A stretch of DNA of 64,000 nt, taken from contig OX597838.1 of NCBI GenBank assembly GCA_951406725.2, positions 37,448,001 to 37,512,000 of the forward strand, read 5' to 3'. The stretch's first letter is position 1; every line of letters starts with the position of its first letter. Below are positions 42,556 through 55,904 of the stretch, one piece after another. The position numbers were made by a program, and so were the translations under genes. The notes beneath the pieces were generated by a model. The model saw only the letters and a program-made list of their open reading frames with translations. It was not told the DNA's origin and ran no database searches. Source of the stretch: Octopus vulgaris (lineage: Eukaryota).

Positions 42556-42920
42556 CGGATGTAGAGGGTCTGTTGGACATAGCGTGAGACGACTGTTGTT
42601 ATCGCTAGGCCTAACTCATCGTATAGTCAATACCACCATGACTGATATCCAATCTACAGTGGAGAAGGCTAGCCACTGGATTTGGTTAAAAAGAGACGAT
42701 GAGCGATGGCTAGAAGTATATTGAGTTTAACTTCATAACCAGCTGATCTAGCTAGCGGGGCCTCATATCAGTGAGGGGGGGGCCGGTGCGCATTGATGCC
42801 GTTGAGAGGTAGGCCCCGAAACGGCGCGCATTCTCTCCTGATGACCCCATACACTTGCTAGCTTCGGGTATACGGAGCTTTTAACTGGTAGCAATTGCAT
42901 GTGCAAGTTGTTTCCAAGAC
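42556..42920 (+). mobile_element. 5'-truncated HERO-like restriction-endonuclease LINE 3' end with a 29 bp TSD
   Basis: GCRGSVGHSVRRLLLSLG...VEKASHWIWLKR...W..* (stop at 42722-42724); TSD 42527-42555 and 42921-42949 with one mismatch. Clade name from memory. Confidence 0.75.
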
Positions 42921-43250
42921 ATGTACTTTATTAATTTTTAGAATACAGTTTTTATAGCATATTTATCTTTTTTATATGGTGTGAATAATATCTTTCACTA
43001 TTGAATGGAGGTTTTTCTCTAAATTATATATATATATATATATGCATGTGTGTGTGTGTATGTGTGTATACACGCACACGTGTATAAACACCTAATTAAA
43101 TTGATCCCAGTGTTCAAATGGTACTTATTTTATCGGCCTCTAATAAAAGACAAGCCCGATAGTAAATGAATATACGAAAGGGGTAGAAAATAGTTTTGAA
43201 AACCAACTGTAAGGGTACACAGTATATGTGTATATATGTATGTATGTATG

Positions 43251-43297
<47 letters not shown>

Positions 43298-44108
43298 ATG
43301 TATGTATGTATGTATGTATGTATGTATGTATGTATGTATGTTTGTCTCTGTACGTATACATGCCTCGTTTGAAACATGTAAAGAGCCGGTCACTGCTGAA
43401 TTCAAGGTTAAGCCTTTACAAAATGAACTTCACAGCTAACTTAGAAATATATAATTGGTTAATCTAACATCTAATTAGTGATACGTCGGCTAATTGTTAG
43501 ATCAGCTAATTACATGCATGCCAACTAATTGGTATAGGAGCTAAATGGCGAAATGTCTACACCTTTACATTATGAACAGGTGAACTTTCCGTTGTTCATA
43601 TTGCTGCAGTTCATATAAGTTAAGGTTTCACATAATTCATTATGGTGAGTTGCTAAAGTTCCATTAACTTGAGATGATCCACGCCATTAGTAGAAAAAAA
43701 CTTCCTGGAGAGTAATTTCTTTTATATATTACTTATTCAAAACATTGGACTGCGGTCAGAATGGGAAACCGCCTAGAAGAGTTTTAGTCGAAATACATCG
43801 ATTTCAATACATATATTTTCTTTTGAATTCAGGTACTTATTCTGTCACTTTTCAATGAATCTCTAAGTTGTTCGGGTGTAAACAAACCAACGTCGGTTGT
43901 CAAGCGATGGGAGTGACGAATACAAAGACACATACACATGCCCTTTTGGTAAAGGCTTAGCTTTGAATTCAGCAGTGACCAGCTCCTTACATATTTCAAT
44001 CGAGGCATATATACATACATAGACAAACATACATACATACATACATACATACATAAATACATACATAGACAAACATACATACATACATACATAAATACAT
44101 ACATACAC

Positions 44109-44139
<31 letters not shown>

Positions 44140-44279
44140 CATACATACATAGACAAACATACATACATACATACATACATACATACATACATACATACAT
44201 ACATACATACATACATACATACACACACACATACATACATACATATATATATACATACATACATACATATATATATCAC

Positions 44280-44690
44280 TCTTTATTTTTTTACTCTTTT
44301 ACTTGTTTCAGTCATTTGACTGTGGCCATACTGGAGCACCGCTTTTAGTCGAGCAATTCGACCCCAGGACTTATTCTTTGTAAGCCTAGTACTTATTGCA
44401 TCGGTTTCTTGTGCCGATCCGCTAAGTTACGGGGACGTAAACACACCAGCATCGGTTGTCAAGCGATGTTGGAAGGACAAGCACAGACACACAAACACAC
44501 ACACGTATATATACATATACATATATACGACGGGCTTCTTTTCACTTTCCGTCTACCAAATCCACTCACAAGGCTTTGGTCGGCCCGAGGCTATAGTAGA
44601 AGACACTTGCCCAAGATGCCACGCAGTGGGACTGAACCCGGAACCATGTGGTTCGTAAGCAAGCTACATACCACACAACCACTCCTGCCC
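44280..44690 (-). mobile_element. Family-A (OK-like) SINE
   Basis: Consensus match; further copies at 46530-47030 and 57408-57862. Confidence 0.9.
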
Positions 44691-44778
44691 CTATATATAA
44701 ATATAAAATTTAAAAACCCACCTTTTATCCCTGTAAGTTTGGATTAATATTCCCTTAAATAATAATAATAATTATTAT

Positions 44779-44819
<41 letters not shown>

Positions 44820-45378
44820 CATACATACTTATATGCCTCCACCGAGCTTCCATGTAATATATTCACTGATAAGGCATTAGGAGGGCCGGTGCTATAGTGC
44901 GCGACACTTGCCTAAAGTGCTGTTGCAAAGTGAGGTTTGTAACCACACAGCCATGACTAACACTAAAGAAAGAAGATGAACAAATAGAGGATGATTTGCA
45001 TTTTTATTCCTAATGCGTTACGGCGGATACGAACGTAAATATGCTAATCGCTGTTGAGTTTTATCAAAGGGGAACAACTTCTACTTAGCGAGGAATAATT
45101 TGTGCTTGTGCGCACACGCACACATATTCTATTTCTATCTCTCTCTCACCCACACACACAAATAGACAAACACACACACACACACATAGATAAATGTGTG
45201 TATGTAAATTGAAGGAACTTGACCAAGCTGGAAATTTAAATATCAAACACAGGAAATAAGGATAACAACAACGTCAACGATGACGAGAACACTACTACTA
45301 CTACTACTACTACTACTACGACTACTACTACTACTCCTCTACTACGACTACTACTACTACTACTCCTCCTCTACTACG

Positions 45379-45421
<43 letters not shown>

Positions 45422-45469
45422 GTAGTAGTAGTGGTAATAATAATAATAATAATGATAATAATAATAATG

Positions 45470-45895
45470 ATATAAACGTATCTGTCAAGACCTACCAAAA
45501 ACTGATATAACGATCTTGAAATAGAAATCGGCAAAATGTGGAACCTGAAGACTAAAACAATACCTGTTGTCATAGGTACCCAGGGAATGATAGCAAAAGG
45601 GGCTGATTGCTACCTAACTCAGATACCCCAAAATGGCAGAAATTCAAAAGATAGTGCTCGTGGGAACTGCTCATATCCTACGCAAAATACTTTCTATGTA
45701 ATCTCAAGGTTTAAAACAAACGTAATTTTCGTATGTTTTTTTTTACACATTCACTAGTACAACACTAAATACAAAACCAAATATATGGCACACTAGGCAT
45801 AACAACAACATGAACTTCCAACCTGTTGTCTCTTGAGGTCTGTGGGTGAGACTTGGAGCCAACTTGTACAAATGTAAAGCAAAAGTCAAGCAGAG

Positions 45896-45896
<1 letters not shown>
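45470..45896 (+). mobile_element. R4/Dong-like LINE 3' end (second family)
   Basis: DLEIEIGKMWNLKTKTIPVVIG..GMI...EIQKIVLVGTAHILRKILS*; (AAT)n flanks. Confidence 0.82.
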
Positions 45897-45934
<38 letters not shown>

Positions 45935-45936
45935 AA

Positions 45937-46290
45937 TTGTGGCATCTCAAGGCGGTTACAATACCAGTGATCGTAGGAGCACTAGGAATGATCAAGAAGG
46001 GAACCGAAAATTATATGAGAATGATCCCTGGCTTACCATCCCTGCAAGAAGTGCAAAAGATTGTCTTAACTGGTACATCACACGTATTGAGAAGAGCATT
46101 GTCGATGTGAGAACTGTTGCTGCTCATGTATTTTAATTTAACTTTAAAAAAAAAAAAAAAAAAAAAAAATGAACGAACTACTGAGTTTGGTTTAATGGCC
46201 TACCAATGTATACTATGAGTTTCTTTGCCCTAGAAGTCGGGAAGACACTCGGCATGAAATGGAAGCAAATTTGAAAGAAGAAAAAAAAAG
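45937..46290 (+). mobile_element. R4/Dong-like LINE 3' end (third family)
   Basis: LWHLKAVTIPVIVGALGMIKKG..LQEVQKIVLTGTSHVLRRALSM*; its 3' UTR is related to 12960-13064; (AAT)n flanks. Confidence 0.85.
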
Positions 46291-46297
46291 TAATAAT

Positions 46298-46346
<49 letters not shown>

Positions 46347-46778
46347 TAATCGACTTAATCAATTTGTCTGTTCTTGTTTGTCCCCTCTATGTTTAGCTCC
46401 TTGTGGGCAATAAAGAAATAATATACACGCATGTCTCATATGTATGTTGATTTGTCAGCACACATATATGTATGTATATACATGTATGTATGTGCATGCA
46501 TCTATGCATGTATGTAAATATGTATGTATTCTTTATTTCACTCGTTTCAGTCATTTGACTGCGGCCATGCCGGAGCACCGCCTCTAGTCGCGCAAATCGA
46601 CCCTAGAGCGTATTCTTTGTAAGCCTAGTACTTATTGAATCGTTCTTTTTTGCCGAACCGCTAGGTTATGGGTACGTAAACACCCCAGAATTTGTTGTCA
46701 AGAGATGTTAAGAGAACAAACACAGACACGCAAACATATACACACACACATACATACATACACACATACATACATACA

Positions 46779-46812
<34 letters not shown>

Positions 46813-47580
46813 CATACATACACACACATACACACATACACACAACACACACATATATATATATATATACACACACATACAAACATATACGACGGGCTTC
46901 TTCCTGTTTCCGTCTACCAAATCCACTCACAAGGCTTTATTTGGCATGAGGCACTTGCCCAAGGTCTCACGCAGTGGGACTGAACCCATGACCATGTGAT
47001 TGGTAAGCAAGCTACTCACCACACAGCCATTCATGCATGTATGCATGTTTGTTTGAACGTATTTATATGTGTGAGTGTACGTTTGTGTATGTGCGTGTAT
47101 ATACATATACATACGTACTTACATAAATACATACATACATACATGCATACATACATACATACATACATACATACATACATACACACATATGTATATATAT
47201 ATATATATACAATCATACACACTCAGCCACACACAGCCAATCACATTGGCCGACAGGCAGATTCTCTAATAGAGAGCGAAGATATATTTATAAATATAAT
47301 GACTTGCAAGTGCTTTCAAGAAGAATGTAGAGAGCACTCGATATGCTATTTGAGTATAGAGCTTAAAGTTATGGAACAGTAGCTGATTTCACCTGTAACC
47401 CCCCCCCCCACCTATTTTCTCAACGCATATCCACATCAATACATAACTGTATACGTATATGCATGCATGTATTATGTATGTATGTATGTATGTATGTATG
47501 TATGTATCTATCTATCTTTCTGTATATATATGTATATATATACATATATATATATATATATGCATATATATATATATATA

Positions 47581-47621
<41 letters not shown>

Positions 47622-47717
47622 GTATATATATATATATATATATACATACATACATATATATGCATATATATATATATATATATATACATACATACATATG
47701 CATATATATATATATAT

Positions 47718-47752
<35 letters not shown>

Positions 47753-48287
47753 CATACATATATATATATACATATATATATATGTATGTATGTATATATA
47801 TATATATAGATATATATATATATATAGATATATATATATAGATATAGATATATATATATATAGATAGATATATATATATAGATATAGATATATATATAGA
47901 TAGATAGATGGCTAGATACATAGATAGATAGGTAGGTAAGTATATATATATGTACTTATGTATATATATATATATATATGCATATATAAATATGCATATA
48001 ATGTATACATATAGATATGTATGTGTGTATGTATATCTGTGAGTGTGTGTGTGTACGGAAGAAGAGAGGGAGAATGGAAGTTACGAATAAGCCATTTGTA
48101 TGTCATTTGTTATGAAAGGCCATCAGCACTGAAGTAGTTTGTTGTATATAAGATTAGCAGTAAAATAGTCTGGAGAAGAACTTCATTTCAGATAACAATG
48201 GCACTTCACAATTTCAATGAATTCTTTAAACTCTGTTTATATGTACGGGTATCTTTAGCATACACGCACACACACACACATATATAG

Positions 48288-48336
<49 letters not shown>

Positions 48337-48595
48337 GATATGTATATACATATGCATGTACGAATATATATACATATATGTATGTATATATATATAATGT
48401 ATATATATATATATATATATTTGTGTGTAATATATATAAAGATATATGTATGCCTATATGCATACGTTTTAATCTAGACACATGCATACGCATGTCTATA
48501 ACCGACATATGTATGTATATGTACATATATTATATATCTATCTTTAATACATAATATATACATACATATATACATATATGTATATATATATATAT

Positions 48596-48668
<73 letters not shown>

Positions 48669-48674
48669 TACACA

Positions 48675-48730
<56 letters not shown>

Positions 48731-48851
48731 TACACATACATACATACATACATATATATATATATATGCATACATATATACACATACATATATGTATATA
48801 TATATATATATACATATATGTATATATATATATATACATACATATATACAC

Positions 48852-48902
<51 letters not shown>

Positions 48903-49172
48903 GTGTTAAAAATAATTTGATACTTTGATACTTTGTTAATAAAACTTGAACTCTATAAACACGTCTCCCTCGGGTGTATCATATTCTCGGTAATATTTAC
49001 TGCCAAGGCTAACAGATGAATTTAATTGCGAACTCATGCTTTGACGACATGTATTACATGATAACTAGATATATCACATTCCTATATACACACATGAATA
49101 TAAGTCCGTATATGTATGTGCATATGTATGTGTATGTAATTATAAATTAATATTGTACATATGTATATATAT

Positions 49173-49220
<48 letters not shown>

Positions 49221-49272
49221 GTATATATATATATATATGTATACATACATATATACATATATATATATATAC

Positions 49273-49333
<61 letters not shown>

Positions 49334-49459
49334 ATAAGATAAAAATACCGATCTTATCAGGTGGCCACCATGGGAATAAAAACCTAAAATGTAATATAAA
49401 AGAAATAAAGAAGGAAAATTATCGCACTGACCACTCCTGAAAGACGATATGCGGATGTA

Positions 49460-51154
49460 GTGCGCGGTCCAAAAAAGATACTGCATAGCCCAACAAATGG
49501 ACAGCTTCACCCAGATGTGAGAAGGGCAGCAGCTGAACAGCAATCTTTTTCTGCGCATGGCACAAAAAATTGTCCAGCAGCCGACCTGGCAACAAGCACA
49601 AAGCTGGAACTACCACCACATAAGGCCACCTCCAACAGATGCAGGATGGCTACCACAGACACCAACACCAACACACACACCACAAAAATATATCTACTGA
49701 GCGTAGGATGGCTTCTGCGTGGATACTGTAAAAGGAAAATTTCATTCCTGAGAGACCTTGTGGCATGCAACATGGCACTCATAGAAACTCATCTTGGACC
49801 TGATATAGTGGATGCAGAAATACACATACTGCAATATGCTGTCCTACGCTCAGATAGAAAAGGGAGGAGCCATAGTGGAGTTGCACTGTACATCCGAGAT
49901 GACCTCACGCCCCAGGTCCTGTTGTCATATTTAAACTCAGCGTGTGACACTCAAATTGTACACATAAGACAACTGAATATCGTCATACATAAGACAACTG
50001 AATATCGCCCACCGAATGCCCCAAATCACACAGGCATGTTTGAAGACTGCCTAACAAAAATAGAAGTTCTCACCAACCTGGAACAACACAACAGTGTATT
50101 CTTCATGGGTGACTTTAACTTCCCCAATGTGGAATGGCCTGGGGGGGGGGGACAGATGCTCCCAGGGATGACACACCATCAGCAGGCACAGGCAGAGTCC
50201 CTGCTCCATCTCACAAATGCCTCTTTCATGGAGCAAATAGTGCTGCAACCAACAAGGGCAGATAATATACTACATCTCTGCTTCACAAACAATATGGATA
50301 TTATCCATAATGTTAAAGTGATGCCGGCAATGATCTCGGTTCACAACATAATAGAGCTGTCTATGTATGGACCAAAAGCCCCCGCAGACACACAGCCTAT
50401 ACGAAGCATCCACAATCTCTCCAACTTAAACTTTCATAAAGCAAATTGTAAGTTGATCGAGAAAGAGATCCTCACACAGGACTGGCCTGGGTGTCTCTCC
50501 GCACCGGACATTGACATGAAACACAAACGCTTCATGTCTATAATACAAGCCATATGTGACAAATATGTCCCAGTGTGCAGGGCCAGCACACACAAAAACA
50601 AAAACAGGATCCCTAGAGAAAGGAATATGCTTATGACACAACGGACAAGGATTGCGAACCGCCTGAGCAAGCACACCAAAAGTGGTGAGAAGTCTCGGCT
50701 CGAGAGAATGCTAATGGAAATTGAGAAAGGTCTGCATCAGTCTCATGAAAAGGAGAGAGCAGATAAAGAAGCTTGGGTAATAGAAAATATAAAGTCAAAC
50801 CCTAAAGCTTTCTTTAAGTTTGCCAAAGAGACAGCCACAGTGCACCAGAGAATAGGACCTCTCTTCCAAAAAGATGGCTCCCTCACAGGAAATCCCACGA
50901 GGATAAGTGAAATACTGAACGAACAGTTCCAAAGTGTGTTCACTACACTTCTAGGACACAGGCAAGTAAACAACCCAGAAGAATTCTTTGCCACTTTACC
51001 TGCAGCCAAAGAAGCAAAAATTGAGTTCTTCAACATTGAAGATGATGATATCACACTCGCCATAGATGAGATTGAGTGCCTAAGTTACAACTTATGGTTT
51101 CATTGGAGTCTCAAACATCAAATGCGGTTCATTTGGGATGACAATTACATTTAA
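49460..51154 (+). CDS. LINE ORF2-derived APE endonuclease plus linker (CR1/L2/Jockey group), truncated before RT; copy 1
   Basis: [43 protein letters not shown]; homology stops near 51073; first ATG at 49646. Expression not shown. Confidence 0.6.
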   Translation: MRGPKKILHSPTNGQLHPDVRRAAAEQQSFSAHGTKNCPAADLATSTKLELPPHKATSNRCRMATTDTNTNTHTTKIYLLSVGWLLRGYCKRKISFLRDLVACNMALIETHLGPDIVDAEIHILQYAVLRSDRKGRSHSGVALYIRDDLTPQVLLSYLNSACDTQIVHIRQLNIVIHKTTEYRPPNAPNHTGMFEDCLTKIEVLTNLEQHNSVFFMGDFNFPNVEWPGGGGQMLPGMTHHQQAQAESLLHLTNASFMEQIVLQPTRADNILHLCFTNNMDIIHNVKVMPAMISVHNIIELSMYGPKAPADTQPIRSIHNLSNLNFHKANCKLIEKEILTQDWPGCLSAPDIDMKHKRFMSIIQAICDKYVPVCRASTHKNKNRIPRERNMLMTQRTRIANRLSKHTKSGEKSRLERMLMEIEKGLHQSHEKERADKEAWVIENIKSNPKAFFKFAKETATVHQRIGPLFQKDGSLTGNPTRISEILNEQFQSVFTTLLGHRQVNNPEEFFATLPAAKEAKIEFFNIEDDDITLAIDEIECLSYNLWFHWSLKHQMRFIWDDNYI

Positions 51155-51322
51155 ACACACACACATGCTCACACACATACAAACGCGGCACACACGTCAT
51201 CTATTCGCAACACGCATACACTCATACGTACACATACACACTCTCATGCACCCATATACCTCTATATACGTGCGCGCTTTTATTCTATGTGTCTAAACCT
51301 ATATTAACATACATATAAGAAT

Positions 51323-51625
51323 GTGGAGGCGCAATGGCCCAGTGGTTAGGGCAGCGGACTCGCGGTCGTAGGATCGTGGTTTCGATTCCCAGACCGGGCG
51401 TTGTGAGTGTTTATTGAGCGAAAACACCTAAAAACTCCACGAGGCTCCGGCAGGGGGTGGTGATCCCTGCTGTACTCTTTCACCACTCTTTCTCCCACTC
51501 TTTCTTCTGTTGGCCTGCTCGCTTAGCCAGCGGGGTGGCGTCATTTGAAGGCTAAAACAATGCAAAGCGCATTGTGACCAGCGATGTGTAACATCATCTG
51601 ATGGTCTGGTCAGTCACGTGATCAC
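51323..51625 (+). mobile_element. Family-C SINE, short-tail type (duplicated at 54534-54831)
   Basis: tRNA-like head TGGCCCAGTGG..GTTTCGATTCC; homologous to 12040-12350. Confidence 0.9.
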
Positions 51626-52730
51626 TTCATAAGTATGAATATATTTAAACACACACACACATCTTTCATTTCTTCTCTTTTACTTGCTTCAGTCATTTGA
51701 CTGCAGCCATTTTTGGAGGACATCACCTAGAAGAATTCTTAGTCGAAGAAACCGACCCCATTACATATTATTAAAGACTGCTACATTTTCCATTTTGTGT
51801 ACTGGCGAACAGCTTGATTACAAGGACTTCGACAACCCCAAACCGGTTAGTGTGTGTGGGTGTGTGTATATATATATATATACATGTTTAGAACAATCTT
51901 ACTTAAAAATGGATGCGTGCGTTCCGTCATATATAAATATATAATTAAATAAATAAATAAAACTTATGTATATATACATACATATATGTACGTACCTACC
52001 TCTACATTTATATATACATGCATATATGGGTACAGGACACCAAAAAAACGTCGAACACAATGAGAAACGAAAACATAAACACAAAACCAAGGAAATGGAC
52101 ATTTCTTTTAAACAATGAACAAATAGAGTATAGGACATACAATACAAGGAAAATTCCCCTTCTTCAGTCGCCTTTGTTTCATCTACTCCACGTTTCTAGG
52201 CGTAGGTGTGACTTTGTGGTAAGTAGCTTGCTTACAAACCACATGGTTCCGGGTTCGGTCCTACTGGGTGGCACCTCGGGCAAGTGATAAGTTGTTGCCA
52301 AAGCTAGGCAATCGGGCGGCCTCTCTTTTCCAATTTATGCGAACGAATATTAGTTTCAAATTTTGGCACAGAGCCAGCAATTTCGGGGGAGCGGGATCAC
52401 CGATTATATCGATCCCCCAGTGTTCAACTGATACGTTTTTTTTTATCGACCCCGAAAGGATGAAAAGCAAATTCACTTCCAGGCGGAATTTGAACTCAGA
52501 ACGTAAAGAAAACGAAATGCCGTCAAGCATTTCCCCCAGCGATCTAATGATTCTGCCAGCCCGCCGCCTTTTAGGCGAACAAATATAAAGAACTGGAACT
52601 GAACCGATTTCGTTAAAATTATTTTCTTATTTTGTAAACTTTCGCTCGCATTAATATTTCAGAATTTTCCCTTATATACTCTCTCTCTCTTTTACTATTT
52701 TACTCTTTTCAGTCATTTGACTGCCCAGAT

Positions 52731-54365
52731 GTGAGAAGGGCAGCAGCTGAACAGCAATCTTTTTCTGCGCATGGCACAAAAAATTGTCCAGCAGCCGACC
52801 TGGCAACAAGCACAAAGCTGGAACTACCACCACATAAGGCCACCTCCAACAGATGCAGGATGGCTACCACAGACACCAACACCAACACACACACCACAAA
52901 AATATATCTACTGAACGTAGGAGGGCTGCTGCGCGGCAACTGTAAAAGGAAAATTTCATTCCTGAGAGACCTTGTGGCATGCAACATGGCACTCATAGAA
53001 ACTCATCTTGGACCTGATATAGTGGATGCAGAAATACACATACTGCAATATGCTGTCCTACGCTCAGATAGAAAAGGGAGGAGCCATAGTGGAGTTGCAC
53101 TGTACATCCGAGATGACCTCACGCCCCAGGTCCTGTTGTCATATTTAAACTCAGCGTGTGACACTCAAATTGTACACATAAGACAACTGAATATCGTCAT
53201 ACATAAGACAACTGAATATCGCCCACCGAATGCCCCAAATCACACAGGCATGTTTGAAGACTGCCTAACAAAAATAGAAGTTCTCACCAACCTGGAACAA
53301 CACAACAGTGTATTCTTCATGGGTGACTTTAACTTCCCCAATGTGGAATGGCCTGGGGGGGGACAGATGCTCCCAGGGATACCACACCATCAGCAGGCAC
53401 AGGCAGAGTCCCTGCTCCATCTCACAAATGCCTCTTTCATGGAGCAAATAGTGCTGCAACCAACAAGGGCAGATAATATACTACATCTCTGCTTCACAAA
53501 CAATATGGATATTATCCATAATGTTAAAGTGATGCCGGCAATGATCTCGGTTCACAACATAATAGAGCTGTCTATGTATGGACCAAAAGACCCCGCAGAC
53601 ACACAGCCTATACGAAGCATCCACAATCTCTCCAACTTAAACTTTCATAAAGCAAATTGTAAGTTGATCGAGAAAGAGATCCTCACACAGGACTGGCCTG
53701 GGTGTCTCTCCGCACCGGACATTGACATGAAACACAAACGCTTCATGTCTATAATACAAGCCATATGTGACAAATATGTCCCAGTGTGCAGGGCCAGCAC
53801 ACACAAAAACAAAAACAGGATCCCTAGAGAAAGGAATATGCTTATGACACAACGGACAAGGATTGCGAACCGCCTGAGCAAGCACACCAAAAGTGGTGAG
53901 AAGTCTCGGCTCGAGAGAATGCTAATGGAAATTGAGAAAGGTCTGCATCAGTCTCATGAAAAGGAGAGAGCAGATAAAGAAGCTTGGGTAATAGAAAATA
54001 TAAAGTCAAACCCTAAAGCTTTCTTTAAGTTTGCCAAAGAGACAGCCACAGTGCACCAGAGAATAGGACCTCTCTTCCAAAAAGATGGCTCCCTCACAGG
54101 AAATCCCACGAGGATAAGTGAAATACTGAACGAACAGTTCCAAAGTGTGTTCACTACACTTCTAGGACACAGGCAAGTAAACAACCCAGAAGAATTCTTT
54201 GCCACTTTACCTGCGGCCAAAGAGGCAAAAATTGAGTTCTTCAACATTGAAGATGATGATATCACACTCGCCATAGATGAGATTGAGTGCCTAAGTTACA
54301 ACTTATGGTTTCATTGGAGTCTCAAACATCAAATGCGGTTCATTTGGGATGACAATTACATTTAA
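52731..54365 (+). CDS. LINE ORF2-derived APE endonuclease plus linker, truncated before RT; copy 2
   Basis: As copy 1, but retains the motif-I Asn (LLNV); first ATG at 52860. Confidence 0.6.
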   Translation: MRRAAAEQQSFSAHGTKNCPAADLATSTKLELPPHKATSNRCRMATTDTNTNTHTTKIYLLNVGGLLRGNCKRKISFLRDLVACNMALIETHLGPDIVDAEIHILQYAVLRSDRKGRSHSGVALYIRDDLTPQVLLSYLNSACDTQIVHIRQLNIVIHKTTEYRPPNAPNHTGMFEDCLTKIEVLTNLEQHNSVFFMGDFNFPNVEWPGGGQMLPGIPHHQQAQAESLLHLTNASFMEQIVLQPTRADNILHLCFTNNMDIIHNVKVMPAMISVHNIIELSMYGPKDPADTQPIRSIHNLSNLNFHKANCKLIEKEILTQDWPGCLSAPDIDMKHKRFMSIIQAICDKYVPVCRASTHKNKNRIPRERNMLMTQRTRIANRLSKHTKSGEKSRLERMLMEIEKGLHQSHEKERADKEAWVIENIKSNPKAFFKFAKETATVHQRIGPLFQKDGSLTGNPTRISEILNEQFQSVFTTLLGHRQVNNPEEFFATLPAAKEAKIEFFNIEDDDITLAIDEIECLSYNLWFHWSLKHQMRFIWDDNYI

Positions 54366-55065
54366 ACACACACACATGCTCACACACATACAAACGCGGC
54401 ACACACGTCATCTATTCGCAACACGCATACACTCATACGTACACATACACACTCTCATGCACCCATATACCTCTATATACGTGCGCGCTTTTATTCTATG
54501 TGTCTAAACCTATATTAACATACATATAAGAATGTGGAGGCGCAATGGCCCAGTGGTTAGGGCAGCGGACTCGCGGTCGTAGGATCGTGGTTTCGATTCC
54601 CAGACCGGGCGTTGTGAGTTACAACGAAAACACCTAAAAACTCCACGAGGCTCCGGCAGGGGGTGGTGATCCCTGCTGTACTCTTTCACCACTCTTTCTC
54701 CCACTCTTTCTTCTGTTGGCCTGCTCGCTTAGCCAGCGGGGTGGCGTCATTTGAAGGCTAAAACAATGCAAAGCGCATTGTGACCAGCGATGTGTAACAT
54801 CATCTGATGGTCTGGTCGGTCACGTGATCACTTCATAAGTATGAATATATTTAAACACACACACACATCTTTCATTTCTTCTCTTTTACTTGCTTCAGTC
54901 ATTTGACTGCAGCCATTTTTGGAGGACATCACCTAGAAGAATTCTTAGTCGAAGAAACCGACCCCATTACATATTATTAAAGACTGCTACATTTTCCATT
55001 TTGTGTACTGGCGAACAGCTTGATTACAAGGACTTCGACAACCCCAAACCGGTTAGTGTGTGTGG

Positions 55066-55103
<38 letters not shown>

Positions 55104-55904
55104 GTTTAGAACAATCTTACTTAAAAATGGATGCGTGCGTTCCGTCATATATAAATATATAATTAAATAAATAAATAAAACTTATGTATATATACATACA
55201 TATATGTACGTACCTACCTCTACATGTATATATATACATGCATATATGGGTACAGGACACCAAAAAAACGTCGAACACAATGAGAAACGAAAACATAAAC
55301 ACAAAACCAAGGAAATGGACATTTCTTTTAAACAATGAAAAAATAGAGTACAGGACATACAAAACGAGAAAAATTCCCCTTCTTCAGTCGCCTTTGTTTT
55401 ATCTACTCCACGTTTCTAGGCGTAGGTGTGACTTTGTGGTAAGTAGCTTGCTTACAAACCACATGGTTCCGGGTTCGGTCCTACTGGGTGGCACCTCGGG
55501 CAAGTGATAAGTTGTTGCCAAAGCTAGGCAATCGGGCGGCCTCTCTTTTCCAATTTATGCGAACGAATATCAGTTTCAAATTTTGGCACAGAGCCAGCAA
55601 TTTCGGGGGAGCGGGATCACCGATTATATCGATCCCCCAGTGTTCAACTGATACGTTTTTTTTTATCGACCCCGAAAGGATGAAAAGCAAAATCACTTCC
55701 AGGCGGAATTTGAACTCAGAACGTGAAGAAAACGAAATGCCGCCAAGCATTTTCCCCAGCGATCTAATGATTCTGCCAGCCCGCCGCCTTTTAGGCGAAC
55801 AAATATAAAGAACTGGAACTGAACCGATTTCGTTAAAATTATTTTCTTATTTTGTAAACTTTCGCTCGCATTAATATTTCAGAATTTTCCCTTATATACT
55901 CTCT

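Noticed and set aside
52150-52196. Minus-strand GAAAC...CTGAAGA as a hammerhead (also 13364-13412 and 18806-18830)
   Set aside because: The core halves are in the wrong order or degenerate, and I could not build the helices.
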